Numbered from the stretch's first letter, positions 23,050-36,620 are shown. The stretch is 46,205 bases of DNA from Octopus sinensis (GCF_006345805.1 NW_021835029.1:1-46205); one strand, 5' to 3'. A program made the numbers and translations. Notes: generated from the letters alone by a model not told the origin.

Positions 23050-23319
23050 TATATATGGATGGATCTAAGTGTAATAATCTTTTTAAAGTGTGTATGTATG
23101 TATGTATGTATGTATGTAGAGTACAAGACATTTACCCCTCCACACAAAAATCGCAAATTTTATTTAATCTGCTTTTGCGGGAAGGATTGTTTCAACGAAG
23201 TCGTGTCTCGCCTTTACCTTCGAAACGCGGAGTAGATGAAACAGAGGCGGCTGAAGAAGGGGAATTTTCCTTGTGTTGTATGTCTTGTACTCTATTTTTG
23301 CGTTGTTTAAGAAACAACT

Positions 23320-23500
23320 CCGAAATCTGGCTCTTGCGTTCCTCATTGTGCCCCCGGGAATTTCTTTGAACACCTGCAATGATCTTGGCCATCAGCTCGG
23401 TCTTGCTATTACAAGGCAGAGCGGTTATTGTCTTTCTCAAGCACGTTCCACATGTAGTAACCCGTGGTATTACAATCGGGGGAATTAGGGGGACAGAAAG
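23320..23500 (-). mobile_element. DD37D-type transposase C-terminal fragment
   Basis: PPNSPDCNTTGYYMWNVLEKD, then CNSKTELMAKI, then VFKEIPGGTMRNARARFRS. Confidence 0.65.
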
Positions 23501-23544
23501 ATTAACACCCACCCACCACCCCTCTGGCAACCTAACCGCACTTT

Positions 23545-24150
23545 CTATTTCTCAGGAAGTTTTCTGCTGTGGTTGACCCAGGATTTAGCAAATCACAGAA
23601 ATGTTCCTTCAAGCAATCAAGACTGTCCTGCCGGTAAGTTAGGACGTTAACATTGTCTGCTGCAAGCAGAATGCCATTTGACGACTTCACAGGACCAAAC
23701 AGTTGTTTGATGTCAGCATAGAATGCCTAAAATCTTAGGTGTCAGCATTCTGTTGGAACACCTTTACTTTCTGTCGCCACCGAGCGTTCTGCAGCTTCCC
23801 TCAGCCAAATTTAGCACCTTTGTTTGATCTTCTTGTAACGAGTTTCCTTAAACCTCAATCTTGAATCTTGTTCATGAGATAACCGGGCCTTTCGTTTTTC
23901 ATTAAACAATTTCCTCCCCTCTGTCTTCAAACTAGTCTTCGTTCTTTCTTTTGGAGAATCCGATATTACATTTAGCAGCTTCGGAGATGATGTTTTTTCA
24001 AGGAAGACCATTCTTCTTCTAAAGTTTGATTATCTACAAAGCTGGAGTTGATCTTATCGCGGAAGGAATTTTGATTACTGATTCCACACTGGTGGTCCTC
24101 GAGTTTTGGGATGAGGCAGCATAGTGGAACCTTGGTTTTTTGCAGATGGT
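23545..24150 (-). mobile_element. RTE/BovB-like LINE ORF2 endonuclease-RT linker fragment
   Basis: EEEWSSLKK...GFSKRKNED...KLFNEKRKARL...FYADIKQLFGPVKSSNGILLAADN...LKEHFCDLLN across frameshifts. Confidence 0.65.
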
Positions 24151-24180
24151 AATTTTCATACTCGAGATGACCAGACAGCG

Positions 24181-24224
<44 letters not shown>

Positions 24225-24930
24225 ATGTGTGTGAGTATGTGTGTGTGCATAACTATAAAGTCTTCTGTCACTTGCAGTTAGAACCCACCACCACTGCCTT
24301 TCCCGCGTATGTCGGTCACTGTGGTGGTTTTTGACCAATTGTCGCTCAGTCATCTTACATCAGACATTAAATTAAGTATTCTTCAGTCTGCGACACTGAA
24401 ATATTGCAGACGAACAACCAACCAACCAAACAAACAAACAACCAATTCAACACAACAAGCAAATAAACAGATATTTATATAAAAATAAAAACAGACAAAA
24501 AATGGAGAGAAAACACGGTCGTCTGCAACTTCACAGTGTAATCCCTCGTGTATCTATAATGATAGACTGATAGATCGTATTAATGTATCCGTGTTTGACA
24601 GATGAAGATGATATGGCTGGAGAACGAAGGAAAGAAGGAATGGAAGAAAGATGGGAATGGAGGGAAGGAGGAACGGAGGAGAGAACGAGGAGAGTCGTGA
24701 AAAGGAGGGGAAACAGCATAAAAGAGTTTGTTATGCTCATATATGTGATGTTAAACATAAAAATAATTGTCGGGCGATGTGTAATGGAAATGTGCTACAT
24801 TTGTGGTGTGTGTGTGTGTGTGTGTGTACGCACAGAAAATATACATATATACACGCATTCATACATACATATATACGTATATATCTATGCGTACATACAG
24901 ACATACATGAGCACATACATACACATACAC

Positions 24931-24997
<67 letters not shown>

Positions 24998-25013
24998 CAC
25001 ATATACATATACA

Positions 25014-25061
<48 letters not shown>

Positions 25062-25589
25062 GTATGCACACATATATATACACACACACACATCTATATA
25101 TATATACGTATATATGTATGTATAAATATATATACACACACATACATGCATGCATACATACATACATACATACATACATACATACACATACATATATATA
25201 AAACCGTATACACATACAAGCACGAGCAAGTATATGCACACACGTACGTGTGCCTGTGTGTGAGTGTGTGTGTGTGTGTGTGAGTATGTAGGTGTGTGTA
25301 TGTGTGCATGTGTGCAAATGACATTGTCACCATATTAATTGAAAAGCGCCGTGCTAACTTTCTCAACAATACTTACATCTTATTTTCTTCTCACCATTTC
25401 TTAATCCCTCTCCGTTGTTACATATCACTTCGATGTTATTTCTTAAAATCTGACATACGTTTAAATCTCTTCGACATCTCACTCATGTTTTTTTTTTCTT
25501 ACACATTTTATTCTTTTAATTTCCCTCCTGTGTTCTCCAAATCAAACACGATTAAACTCAGTAAAACTACAATATTTGTTTTAATAATG

Positions 25590-26090
25590 TATACGTAAAT
25601 CGCAAATGCGTTTTCCTGTCTGTCTCGCTTTGTAACATTAATAAACAAGAAGAGATAAGAAACAAGTAAGAAAGCGAAATTTTTCTCTTACACGAGCTCC
25701 ATATCAAAGTAAGATTAAATTCTGTTAATACTTCAGTGTTTCTTTACGTAAATAAATTCGTAAATCGTAAATGCTTTTTTTCCCGTTTGTCTCACTTTTC
25801 AACATTCTTCTAAATTGTAAAACGAACGAACAAGAAGAGGTAAGAAACGAATACCCGAGCTCCAAACCTCGTTTAAATTTAGAAGTACTAATTTTTTTGT
25901 TACACGAATCCTATATCTCGATTGACTTTAGAAATACTATCTGGTGTATGCGCGTTGGCCCCGTATTTCCGGTATATGGCGGTGAATACTGACAAGCCAA
26001 CAGCAAGAGATAAGAAACGAATGGGGAAAGCGGAATCTTGTGTTACTCGAGCTCTAAATCAAAAGCGATTAAATTTAGAAATACTAAAAT
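25590..26090. repeat. Degenerate ~165-190-bp triple direct repeat
   Basis: cgtaaatcg(c/t)aaatgc at ~25595 and ~25759; gagctc...ttaaatt block at ~25696, ~25858 and ~26049. Confidence 0.55.
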
Positions 26091-26282
26091 GTCTGCTTCA
26101 AAAGATATAGACACAGTTGTCTGTCCCAATTTTCAATAAATATATATAAATAGCGGAAGATAAAACCAAAAGAGAAAAGAAGCCATTAATGAAGGCGAAA
26201 TTTTTGATAGACGAGCGTCAGAATAAACAAAACAGAAATAGGAACCAAAGAAAATATCAGAATAACATCAATGGAAATTATG

Positions 26283-26465
26283 AGGAGTGGCATGCTTCCA
26301 AACCACATGGTTCCGGGGTCAGTCCCACTGCATGGTCAAGTGTCGTCTACTATAGCCCCTGGCCGACCAAAGCCTTGTGAATGGATTTGGTAGACGGAAA
26401 CTGAATGAAACAGGACGTGTATATATGTGTGTAAATATATATATATATCTATATATATATTATTA

Positions 26466-26505
<40 letters not shown>

Positions 26506-26770
26506 GTGTGTATATATATGTATGTATGCATGTATGTATGTATGTATGTATGTTTGTGTATATGTTTGTGTGTCTGTGTTTGTCCTTCCAGCATCGCTTG
26601 ACAACCGATGCTGGTGTGTTTACCTCCCTGAACTTAGCGTTTCGGCAAAAAAGACACTGACAGAATAAGTACTAGGCTTACGAAGAATAAGTCCTGGGAT
26701 CGATTTGCTTGACTAAAGGCGGTGCTCCAGCATGGCCGCAGTCAAATGACTGAAACAAGTAAAAGAAAAG
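26283..26770 (+). mobile_element. SINE family A
   Basis: Degenerate head, conserved body and tail tgactgaaacaagtaaaag. Confidence 0.85.
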
Positions 26771-26883
26771 TAGAAGAAAAAATTGTATTTTCTATATTTT
26801 AACAAAATTATTAAATAAATGAAGTTTTATCACAAAAATTAAACAAAACTGATTGAAATAATTACATTTTTAAAGGATAAAAC

Positions 26884-27916
26884 TCATGTAAAATGCCGAG
26901 CGGTGCTGATTATGGTGTTAATAATGGTAACGTTAGTTTTAGTGGGGATGGTCGTGGAGGGGGGTAATGGTTGGGGTGTATGGTGGTGTTGGTGGTGGTG
27001 GGTGGTGGTAGTGGTGGCAGTGGTTGTGATGGTGGTGGTGGTACCGGTGGTTGTTGTTGTGGTTGTCGTGATGGTGGCGGTGGTTGTTGTTGTGGTGGTT
27101 ATAGTGATGGTGGTGGTAGTGATGGTAGTGGTGGTGGTTGTAGTAATGGTGGGGGTGATGGTTGTAGTGATGGTGGCGGTGGTGGTGGTTGTGAGAGGTG
27201 GTGGTTGTGATGGTGGTGGTGGCCGTCGTGGTGGTGGCGGTGGTAGAGATGCTGTGCTGTTGATGATGCTGGTTGTGATTGTGGTGATGGCAGTGTCAAT
27301 GGTGATGATCATCGTGATAGTTCTGGTTGCAGTGGTAGTGGAGGCGGTGACGGGGGTAAAGGTGTAGGCTGTAGTGGTTGTGAGGGATGGGGGTGCTGGT
27401 TTTGGTGGTGGAGGAGGAAGTAGTGGCGGCGGCGGCGGGGTAGTAGGGCTTGTGGTTTCAATATGGTCATCAAAAGATTCGGTTTTCTTTGTGCTCTGGT
27501 TGTAGTAGTTGCTGTTGATGATGATAATGATGATGATGATGATGATGATGGTGACGACGATGATGATGAATATGATGATGATGATGAGGAGGAGGAGGAG
27601 GATGGTGCTGGTGGTGGTTGTGTTGCTGTTGCTGCTTCTGATGATGATGATGATGATGATGAAGATTATGATAGCTAGAGCAATGGTCACAAGAATTTGT
27701 CTTTGGGTGATGATGATGAGGATGAGGAGAATAGTAGTGATGATGAAGGTAATGATGAAGTAGAGGAGAAGGAAGAGAGGAGGATGGTGGTGATGACGGT
27801 GATGATGATGATGATGATGATGATGATGGTGATGATGATGGTGATGATGACGACGACGATGACTCATAGTCTAGACAAAGTTGGCGGGGGTGTAATATTT
27901 AAGTAAAAAATAAAAT

Positions 27917-27987
<71 letters not shown>

Positions 27988-28030
27988 TAATAATAATAAT
28001 AATAATGATGATAATAATAATAATAATAAT
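26884..28030. repeat. Compound trinucleotide block (GGT/GAT/GAG/AAC/AAT)
   Basis: Directly visible; the 327-aa ORF 26884..27867 is a repeat read-through. Confidence 0.9.
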
Positions 28031-28425
28031 CACACATACAAGAAAAATAACAAAAATATAAAATTAACTAAAAAGCTATAAAAACCCCCACAAAATCCAA
28101 ACAACCAATCCAGTCAACCTTCACCCCAAACAACCAACCAACCCACCAGCCAGCCAGCCAGCCGACCAGCCAGCCGACCAACCAGCCGACCAACCAGCCG
28201 ACCACCGACAATGGAAATATAGAAGATATGTTGTAATGAGATTAATGCGTCCAGAAATATCAAGTTGGTAAATTGTCTGGAATCCCGATGAAGTCTGCCA
28301 ACTGGAACCGAAAGTTGGTGTTGGATATAGGAGATGGCTTAGAGTGTGTGTGCGTGTGTGAGTGGACATGCATGAACACTCACCCACCCAAGTCTCCCAC
28401 CACACGCATATATATATATATATAC

Positions 28426-28469
<44 letters not shown>

Positions 28470-28593
28470 ATACACACACACACACATATATACATATATA
28501 ATTATATGCATATATATATACATATATATATATATATAACTATGTATGTATATGTAAGTATATAAAAGTATATATATTTTAACACACAGACGC

Positions 28594-28631
<38 letters not shown>

Positions 28632-29099
28632 AAGATTTATTTTTATGTCAAGTTCTGTATATAACAATCATTCTTTAAACTAAAGGGTTGCTTAAACCAT
28701 TTTCTTGAAGAGTACATATTCATTATGCATTCCCAAAAAAAGTGGAGTGACTGTGACTTCAAAGTATCGGCATAATACATACATACACACACACGTGTGT
28801 GTAGATAAATAGATATATGTTCATGTATATGCATATACACATAAATATATATATATATATATATAGTGCATGTATGTGTGTTGTATGTGTGTGGTGTGTG
28901 TGGAGGTATATGTGTGTTTATGTGTGTGCACGGGTGCGTGTGTTTTTTCGTGTGTGTGTGTGTGGATATGTACGTATGTGTATGTATGTGTGCGTGTATA
29001 TAGAAATAAAAGCAATAAATCATAAAGAAGTTAATGCAATATAAAATGGCGCAATGATAAGAAAACAAATGAAACAAGGTTGCTTTGTTGCTGGAGGTG

Positions 29100-29352
29100 T
29101 AGAAGCAGTTAATAGGAGGAGGGGGTTGTGTTCAGTCCGAGGGGAATAGTTGTCCGTAAATTAAAGATATACCGCTGCTCCAGGCGGAGTCGCGAGTGTG
29201 TGGATCCGTGCTGCAGAGTGAGGCCAAAGACGGAGATGTTAGACGGGGAGTGGTTGGCCTAGCGGAAGTGAGGGGTGACAGGGGTGTTCGAACGTAGTCG
29301 GACATCTAAGGGATGTTCGGTGAACCGGTCGGCCAGTCGGCGGCCCATCTGA
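29100..29352 (-). mobile_element. Penelope-like element GIY-YIG endonuclease C-terminal half, decayed
   Basis: QMGRRLADRFTEHPLDVRLRSNTPVTPHFR*ANHSPSNISVFGL...SRLRLEQRYIFNLRTTIPLGLN, matching the PLE pattern R..EH...PV..HF...H...E...I..L.T..P.GLN. Confidence 0.75.
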
Positions 29353-29365
29353 ACCATATATATAT

Positions 29366-30556
29366 ATGAGGTGGACAAAATAATGGAAATACCTTAAAAT
29401 TTCAAATAAATTTATTTCAATATGGGGTAGAACCGCCTCTGGCACTAATTACAGCTTGAAATCTACGAAATATGAACTCGTACAAAGTTTGAATGGTTTC
29501 CAAAGGAATTTTTGTCCATTCTTCAGCTAAAACAGTCTCCAGTTTTTGTAGTGATGATGGTAGAGGATGTACTTGTTTTTCTAAAATGCACCATAAATCT
29601 TCAGTAATATTAAGATCTGGAGACTGCGGTGGTCAGATAAGATGTTCAACTTCACTAGAATGTTCCACGTGCCATTCAGTAACAACTTTAGATGTGTGAA
29701 TTGGTGCATTATCATCCTGAATGATTGTGTTTCATTCTGGAAACAGTTCCGCAACAATAGAATGAATTTGATCAGATAAAATGTTTAAATAATCTTGACT
29801 ATTAATTCTGCCTTGAAGGGAAACCATTGGGCCGGTAGATTTCCAAGATACAGCCCTCCAGGTCATCACAGATCTTCCTCTATGTTTAACAGTTGGAAGA
29901 AGGTAGTCTGGGTCAAATGCTTCTTTTGGCTGTCTCACATGTATATTCGGCCGGTGGTCGGAAATAAGGTAAAAGATGACTCGTCCGAGAAAATAACATT
30001 CTTCCACTGCTATAGGGACCAATTCTGTAGGTTTTTACTCCACTCTAAACGCCTTGCAACGTTTGTTTTTGAAAGTAGTGGTCTTCTGATTGTAGCCCTC
30101 CCGTGAAATCCGGTTTTGTGCAGCTCCAGGCGAACAGTTTGTGTGGAATCTGGGTTCTCGAGGTGGTCATTAAGCTCTGCAGTAAATTTGGGAGCTGTAC
30201 TTTTGTGATCCTTTCTAACAATTCGCGTAAGAGTCCGATGGTCCCTATCTGAAAGTGCTGGTTTTCCTCCGTAGTTTTGTTTCGACAAGGCAGTTTTTCC
30301 CTCTTTCAGAAAGGCTGTCATTACTTTCGAGACAGTACTTCTTAATACACCAAACATTTCGGCTGTTTTCGTTACGCTAGCGCCTGCCATGAATTTTAAT
30401 TACCTAAAAAGAAATAGCAATTTTAGCAAAACATATTAAGTAAGGCTAATAATATATCAAAAAACATAAAAATAAACAAGTTTTTGATAGTTTTATAGAT
30501 ATTTCAAAATTATGATGCTATGATGCTAGGTGTTTCCATTAGTTTGTCAACCCCTG
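29366..30556 (-). mobile_element. Tc1-like transposon with TIRs; transposase pseudogene (29417-30390) with D-36-E spacing
   Basis: Right TIR ggtgtttccattagtttgtcaacccctg|TA; degenerate left TIR gtggacaaaataatggaaatacc. Translation MAGASVTKTAEMFGV...IFSDES...QDDNAPIH-(36 aa after D)-E in SPDLNITE; one frameshift and internal stops. Confidence 0.9.
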
Positions 30557-30854
30557 TATATGTACATATATATACATATACATACATGTGTGTGTGTGCG
30601 TGCGTGCGTGTATGTGTGAGTGTGTGAGTGTGTATAAAGTCATAAATGAAAGAGAAATAGATTGAAATAAATTCTAATATCACGACAAATTGTTTCGTAA
30701 CTTAATACAAGTTGATGAGTAGCATCATAAATGAGTAGCAAAGATGTACAATGAATTGACACCTGTAAATCTTTGTTACTCATTTATATGCATACATACA
30801 CATACACACACACACACGCACACACACACATATTATTATTATTATTATTATTTA

Positions 30855-31045
30855 GCAGTAGCATGCTGGGGGCACTACGCTGAAGAAATTTTAGTCGAAT
30901 AGATCGCCCCCCCCCCAGTACCACCATGTTTAAAGCCTGGTACTCATTCTATCGTACGCTTCTGTCGAACTGCTAGTTGACGGAGACGTAAACAAATCAA
31001 CACCGGTTGTCAATTGATGGTGGGGGGACAAAGACACACACACAC
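30855..31045 (-). mobile_element. SINE family A, 3' half, decayed
   Basis: agcatgctgggggcac...gacgtaaacaaatcaacaccggttgtcaa. Confidence 0.65.
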
Positions 31046-31078
31046 ATACATACATACATACATACATACATACATACA

Positions 31079-31109
<31 letters not shown>

Positions 31110-31326
31110 CATTAATAGTAATGGTAAGACAAGAAAATAATGAATGAGACCTTGATATTATGCAAATAGAGGAATTTATCTGTAAATGTAATATGTGACA
31201 ATTATTCGGTTGCCATAATAAAACTACAGATTTCGGATGTCGGAGCGGAAACCTGTAAATATATATACATATATTTACATATAAACGCAGATATACGTAT
31301 ACATACATACATACGCATACACACAC

Positions 31327-31399
<73 letters not shown>

Positions 31400-32020
31400 T
31401 CACACAAACGCACACACGTAACTGATCCGGCAGAGATAACTACAGAACAGTTACAACTTGAAAAACAATTTAAAACGATTAAAGAAACAAACAAACATTC
31501 GGTACAAAAATTTGTTTTAAATGCGTTTTTCTCCAATTTCTCAATTTCTCTAAACTATAATTAGCCGCCATACACTTTTGAACACAGAAAACAACAACAA
31601 CAACAACATCCAACAGCAGAAGCAACAACAACAACTACAACAATATTTCCGTGTTAAAAGTAACTGACGATATCACTAGAGACTACGTGAAGGCGTGCGA
31701 TAACACCCATAGAGTAATCAATATATTGCTATACGTACAGCTGATATCAGTTTGAAATAGCACGTTCCAAGTAATGAGATTACCAAACGTAAAGCGCCAC
31801 CTAGGTAGCGAACTATAACTGAGGTTAGTAAAGATGGATGTCAACAACCTGTGCCAAAGAAATGAAACGTTTAGATATTATTAAAAAAATAAATAAAAAC
31901 AACAAAGAAAAAATCGGTGCGAGGTGACTCAACGGTTTTCCACACACCGATCACATCTGATGAAAATGATGATGAGGATAATGATGAAGACGATGGTGAT
32001 GGTGGTGGTGGTGCTGGTGA

Positions 32021-32083
<63 letters not shown>

Positions 32084-32094
32084 TAATAATAATA

Positions 32095-32311
32095 ATCTTT
32101 TCTACTCTAGGTACAAATCCCGTAATTTTGGGAGAAGTGGCCAGTCGATTAGACCGACCGCAGTACGCAAACTGGTATTTAATTTATAGACCCCCATAAG
32201 GAGGCAAGGCAAAGTCGGCCTCGGCGGAATTTGAACTCAGAACGTATAGACAGACGAAATTCCGCTAAGCATCTTGTCCGGCGCTCTAATGACTCTGCCA
32301 GCTCGCAGCCT
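32095..32311 (-). mobile_element. SINE family B monomer inserted in (AAT)n
   Basis: Family B head, body and tail; further remnants at ~32468-32700. Confidence 0.8.
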
Positions 32312-32828
32312 TAATGATGATTATGATGAGGAGGAGGAGGAGGAGGAGGAGGAGGAGGGAGGTGGAGAAGGATCATGATCATGATGATCATGACCATGAT
32401 GATTTCTTTTATTTGCCACCAGGGCGAAGGAGTGAGGACAATACAAAGACAGGCATAATAATAATGATCCTTTGTACTATAGGCAGAAGGCCTGAAATTT
32501 GGGGGGGAGGGGACTTGTCGATTACATCGACTCCAGCGTTTCACTGGCGCTTAAGTTATCGACCTCGAAAGGAATATCTACCTCGTCGAAATTCGAACTC
32601 AGAACGTAGCGACGGGTGGTCGGGGTGGCTAGTCGACTACATAAACACAAGTCTTCAACTGGTACTTATTTCGTCGACCCGAAAAGGAAGAAAGGTAGTA
32701 GAATCGACTTCGGTAAAATGGAACCGAATCAAACTGTCTTAAATGATATCTTTTTTTGATAAACAAGAACTTTGTTAATCAAGTGATACCTTACAACTGT
32801 GCGTGTATTTCAATACAGTCTAGAATTC

Positions 32829-32867
<39 letters not shown>

Positions 32868-32989
32868 AAATAAAAATGTATTATTAACGCTATTAATGAC
32901 AATAATAAGGTGGCTAGCAAGTTTACAACTTTACAGGCCAACTATAACCTAAGTGGTACTTAAATACCGTGCTGAATCTATCTATCTAT

Positions 32990-33136
<147 letters not shown>

Positions 33137-33143
33137 TATATAT

Positions 33144-36100
33144 ATTAATCATTTAGGGTAGCAAAAATTCAGTAAAAATTTATCGCTACCAGCGGCCTAG
33201 TGGAAAGAGAAAATAGTCAAAGACTAAATATGTATAAATATAACAATTTAGGAATGGCCTAAACAGGCCATTCGTCCACCAGAAAGAGCAGCCAGAACTC
33301 CAACCGCCAAGTAGTGTAATTCGGAAATAAGGTGAAAATTAAAAACATTTACCCTAATTCATCTTTTATACGATGCATCGTTTCAGTGTCTTTAATGATA
33401 GACCAGCTTAATTAAATTAATTAAGCTAGTCTACCATAGGTCACACTTCATCAGTAAAAGAAACCTGGGAGAGACGGACATACACGAGGCGACTGTATCA
33501 ATGCCTCGGAATGTCTGTCTTAAAATTTTCAAGACCAACGCATTCGCGCCAAACTTATCGGCAGCAAATATAAACTGCCGATTCCATCTCAGATTAGTCA
33601 GAAAATTATCAATTAATCAATTTAGGGTAGCAAAAAATTCAGTAAAAATTTATCGCTACCAGCGGCCTAGTGGAAAAGAGAAAATAGTCAAAGACTAAAT
33701 ATGTATAAATATAACAATTTAGGAATGGCCTAAACAGGCCATTCGTCCACCAGAAAGAGCAGCCAGAACTCCCAACCGCCAAGTAGTGTATTCGGAAATA
33801 AGGTGAAAATTTAAAAACATTTACCCTAATTCATCTTTTTATACGATGCATCGTTTCAGTGTCTTTAATGATAGACCAGCTTAATTAAATTAAATAAGCT
33901 AGTCTACCATAGGTCACACTTCATCAGTAAAAGAAACCTGGGAGAGAACGGACATACACGAGGCGACTGTATCAATGCCTCGGAATGTCTGTCTTAAAAT
34001 TTTCAAGACCAACGCATTCGCGCCAAACTTATCGGCAGCAAATATAAACTGCCGATCCATCTCAGAATTAGTCAGAAAATTATCAATTAATCAATTAGGG
34101 TAGCAAAAAATTCCAGTAAAAATTTATCGCTACCAGCGGCTAGTGGAAAGAGAAAATAGTCAAAGACTAAATATGTATAAATATAACAATTTAGGAATGG
34201 CCTAAACAGGCCATTCGTCCACCAGAAAGAGCACCAGAACTCCAACCGCCAAGTAGTGTAATTCGGAAATAAGGTGAAAATTTAAAAACATTTACCCTAA
34301 TTCATCTTTTATACGATGCATCGTTTCAGTGTCTTTAATGATAGACCAGCTTATTAAATTAAATTAAGCTAGTCTACCATAGGTCACACTTCATCAGTAA
34401 AAGAAACCTGGGAGAGACGGACATACACGAGGCGACTGTATCAATGCCTCGGGAATGTCTGTCTTAAAATTTTCAAGACCACGCATTCGCGCCAAACTTA
34501 TCGGCAGCAAATATAAACTGCCGATTCCATCTCAGAATTAGTCAGAAAATTATCAATTAATCATTTAGGGTAGCAAAAACTTCAGTAAAAATTTATCGCT
34601 ACCAGCGGCCAGTGGAAAGAGAAAATAGTCAAAGACTAAATATGTATAAATATAACAATTTAGGAATGGCCTAAACAGGCCATTCGTCACCAGAAAGAGC
34701 AGCCAGAACTCCAACCGCCAAGTAGTGTAATTCGAAATAAGGTGAAAATTTAAAAACATTACCCTAATCCTCTTTTATACGATGCATCGTTTCAGTGTCT
34801 TTAATGATAGACCAGCTTATTAAATTAAATTAAGCTAGTCTACCATAGGTCACACTTCATCAGTAAAAGAAACCTGGGAGAGACGGACATACACGAGGCG
34901 ACTGTATCAATGCCTCGGAATGTCTGTCTTAAAATTTTCAAGACCAACGCATTCGCGCCAAACTTATCGGCAGCAAATATAAACTGCCGATTCCATCTCA
35001 GAATTAGTCAGAAAATTATCAATTAATCAATTTAGGGTAGCAAAAAATTCAGTAAAAATTTATCGCTACCAGCGCCTAGTGGAAGAGAAAATAGTCAAAG
35101 ACTAAATATGTATAAATATAACAATTTAGGAATGGCCTAAACAGGCCATTCGTCCACCAGAAAGAGCAGCCAGAACTCCAACCGCCAAGTAGTGTAATTC
35201 GGAATAAGGTGAAAATTTAAAAACATTTACCCTAATTCATCTTTTATACGATCATCGTTCCAGTGTCTTTAATGATAGACCAGCTTAATTAAATTAAATT
35301 AAGCTAGTCTACCATAGGTCACACTTCATCAGTAAAAGAAACCTGGGAGAGACGGACATACACGAGGCGACTGTATCAATGCCTCGGGAATGTCTGTCTA
35401 AATTTTCAAGACCAACGCATTCGCGCCAACTTATCGGCAGCAAATATAAACTGCCGATTCCATCTCAGAATTAGTCAGAAAATTATCAATTAATCAATTT
35501 AGGGTAGCAAAAATTCAGTAAAAATTTATCGCTACCAGCGCGCCTAGTGGAAAAGAGAAAATAGTCAAAGACTAAATATGTATAAATAACAATTTAGGAA
35601 TGGCCTAAACAGGCCATTCGTCCACCAGAAGAGCAGCAGCCAGCAACTCCAACCGCCAAGTAGTGTAATTCGGAAATAAGGTGAAAATTTAAAAACATTT
35701 ACCCTAATTCATCTTTTATACGATGCATCGTTTCAGTGTCTTTAATGATAGACCAGCTTAATTAAATTAAATTAAGCTAGTCTACCATAGGTCACACTTC
35801 ATCAGTAAAAGAAACCTGGGAGAGACGGACATACACGAGGCGACTGTATCAATGCCTCGGGAATGTCTGTCTTAAAATTTTCAAGACCAACGCATTCGCG
35901 CCAACTTATCGGCAGCAAATATAAACTGCCGATTCCATCTCAGAATTAGTCAGAAAATTATCAATTAATCAATTTAGGGTAGCAAAAAATTCAGTAAAAT
36001 TTATCGCTACCAGCGGCCTAGTGGAAAAGAGAAATAGTCAAAGACTAAATATGTATAAATATAACAATTTAGGAATGGCCTAAACAGGCCATTCGTCCAC

Positions 36101-36467
36101 CAGAAAGAGCAGCCAGAACTCCACCGCCAAGTAGTGTAATTCGGAAATAAGGTGAAAATTTAAAAACATTTACCCTAATTCATCTTTTATACGATGCATC
36201 GTTTCAGTGTCTTTTATGATAGACCAGCTTAATTAAATTAAATTAAGCTAGTCTACCATAGGTCACACTTCATCAGTAAAAAAACCTGGGAGAGACGGAC
36301 ATACACGAGGCGACTGTATCAATGCCTCGGGAATGTCTGTCTTAAAATTTTCAAGACCAACGCATTCGCGCCAAACTTATCGGCAGCAAATATAAACTGC
36401 CGATTCCATCTCAGAATTAGTCAGAAAATTATCATTAATCAATTTAGGTAGCAAAAATTCAGTAAAA
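33144..36467 (-). mobile_element. Tandem array of seven ~470-bp hammerhead-containing monomers (retrozyme-like)
   Basis: tttagggtagc recurs at 33152, 33621, ~34094, 34564, 35031, 35498, 35973 and 36443 (period 467-475); one type I hammerhead per unit on the minus strand; no ORF. Confidence 0.9.
33362..33461 (-). ncRNA. Type I hammerhead ribozyme, copy 1 (others ~33835-33934, 34305-34404, 34771-34870, 35240-35339, 35712-35812, 36183-36283)
   Basis: Reverse complement reads tctttta-CTGATGA-agtgt[54-nt hairpin]acact-GAAA-cga(tgca)tcg-TA-taaaaga. Copy 5 has GAAA changed to GGAA. Confidence 0.9.
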
Positions 36468-36620
36468 AATTGATAATTTTCTGACTAATTCTGAGATGAA
36501 TCGGCAGTTTATATTTGCTGCCGATAAGTTGGCGCGAATGCGTTGGTCTTGAAAATTTTAAGACAGACATTCCCGAGGCATTGATACAGTCGCCTCGTGT
36601 ATGTCCGTCTCTCCCAGGTT

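Noticed and set aside
23215-23270. cGAAAcgcg ... CTGAAGA as a type II hammerhead
   Set aside because: No NUH triplet, no stem I, and poor stem II pairing.
26884-27867. 327-aa ORF and other long His/Thr/Val/Gly/Asp-rich ORFs (20744-21759, 15410-15951, 39270-39572)
   Set aside because: These are trinucleotide-repeat read-throughs, open in several frames on both strands, with no domain or splice support.
28125-28210. (CCAG/CCGA/CCAA)n tract as a structured element
   Set aside because: Ordinary compound tetranucleotide microsatellite.
33144-36467. CRISPR-like or protein-coding interpretation of the 470-bp array
   Set aside because: Units are wholly repeated with no unique spacers, there are no cas genes, the context is eukaryotic, and only short spurious ORFs are present.
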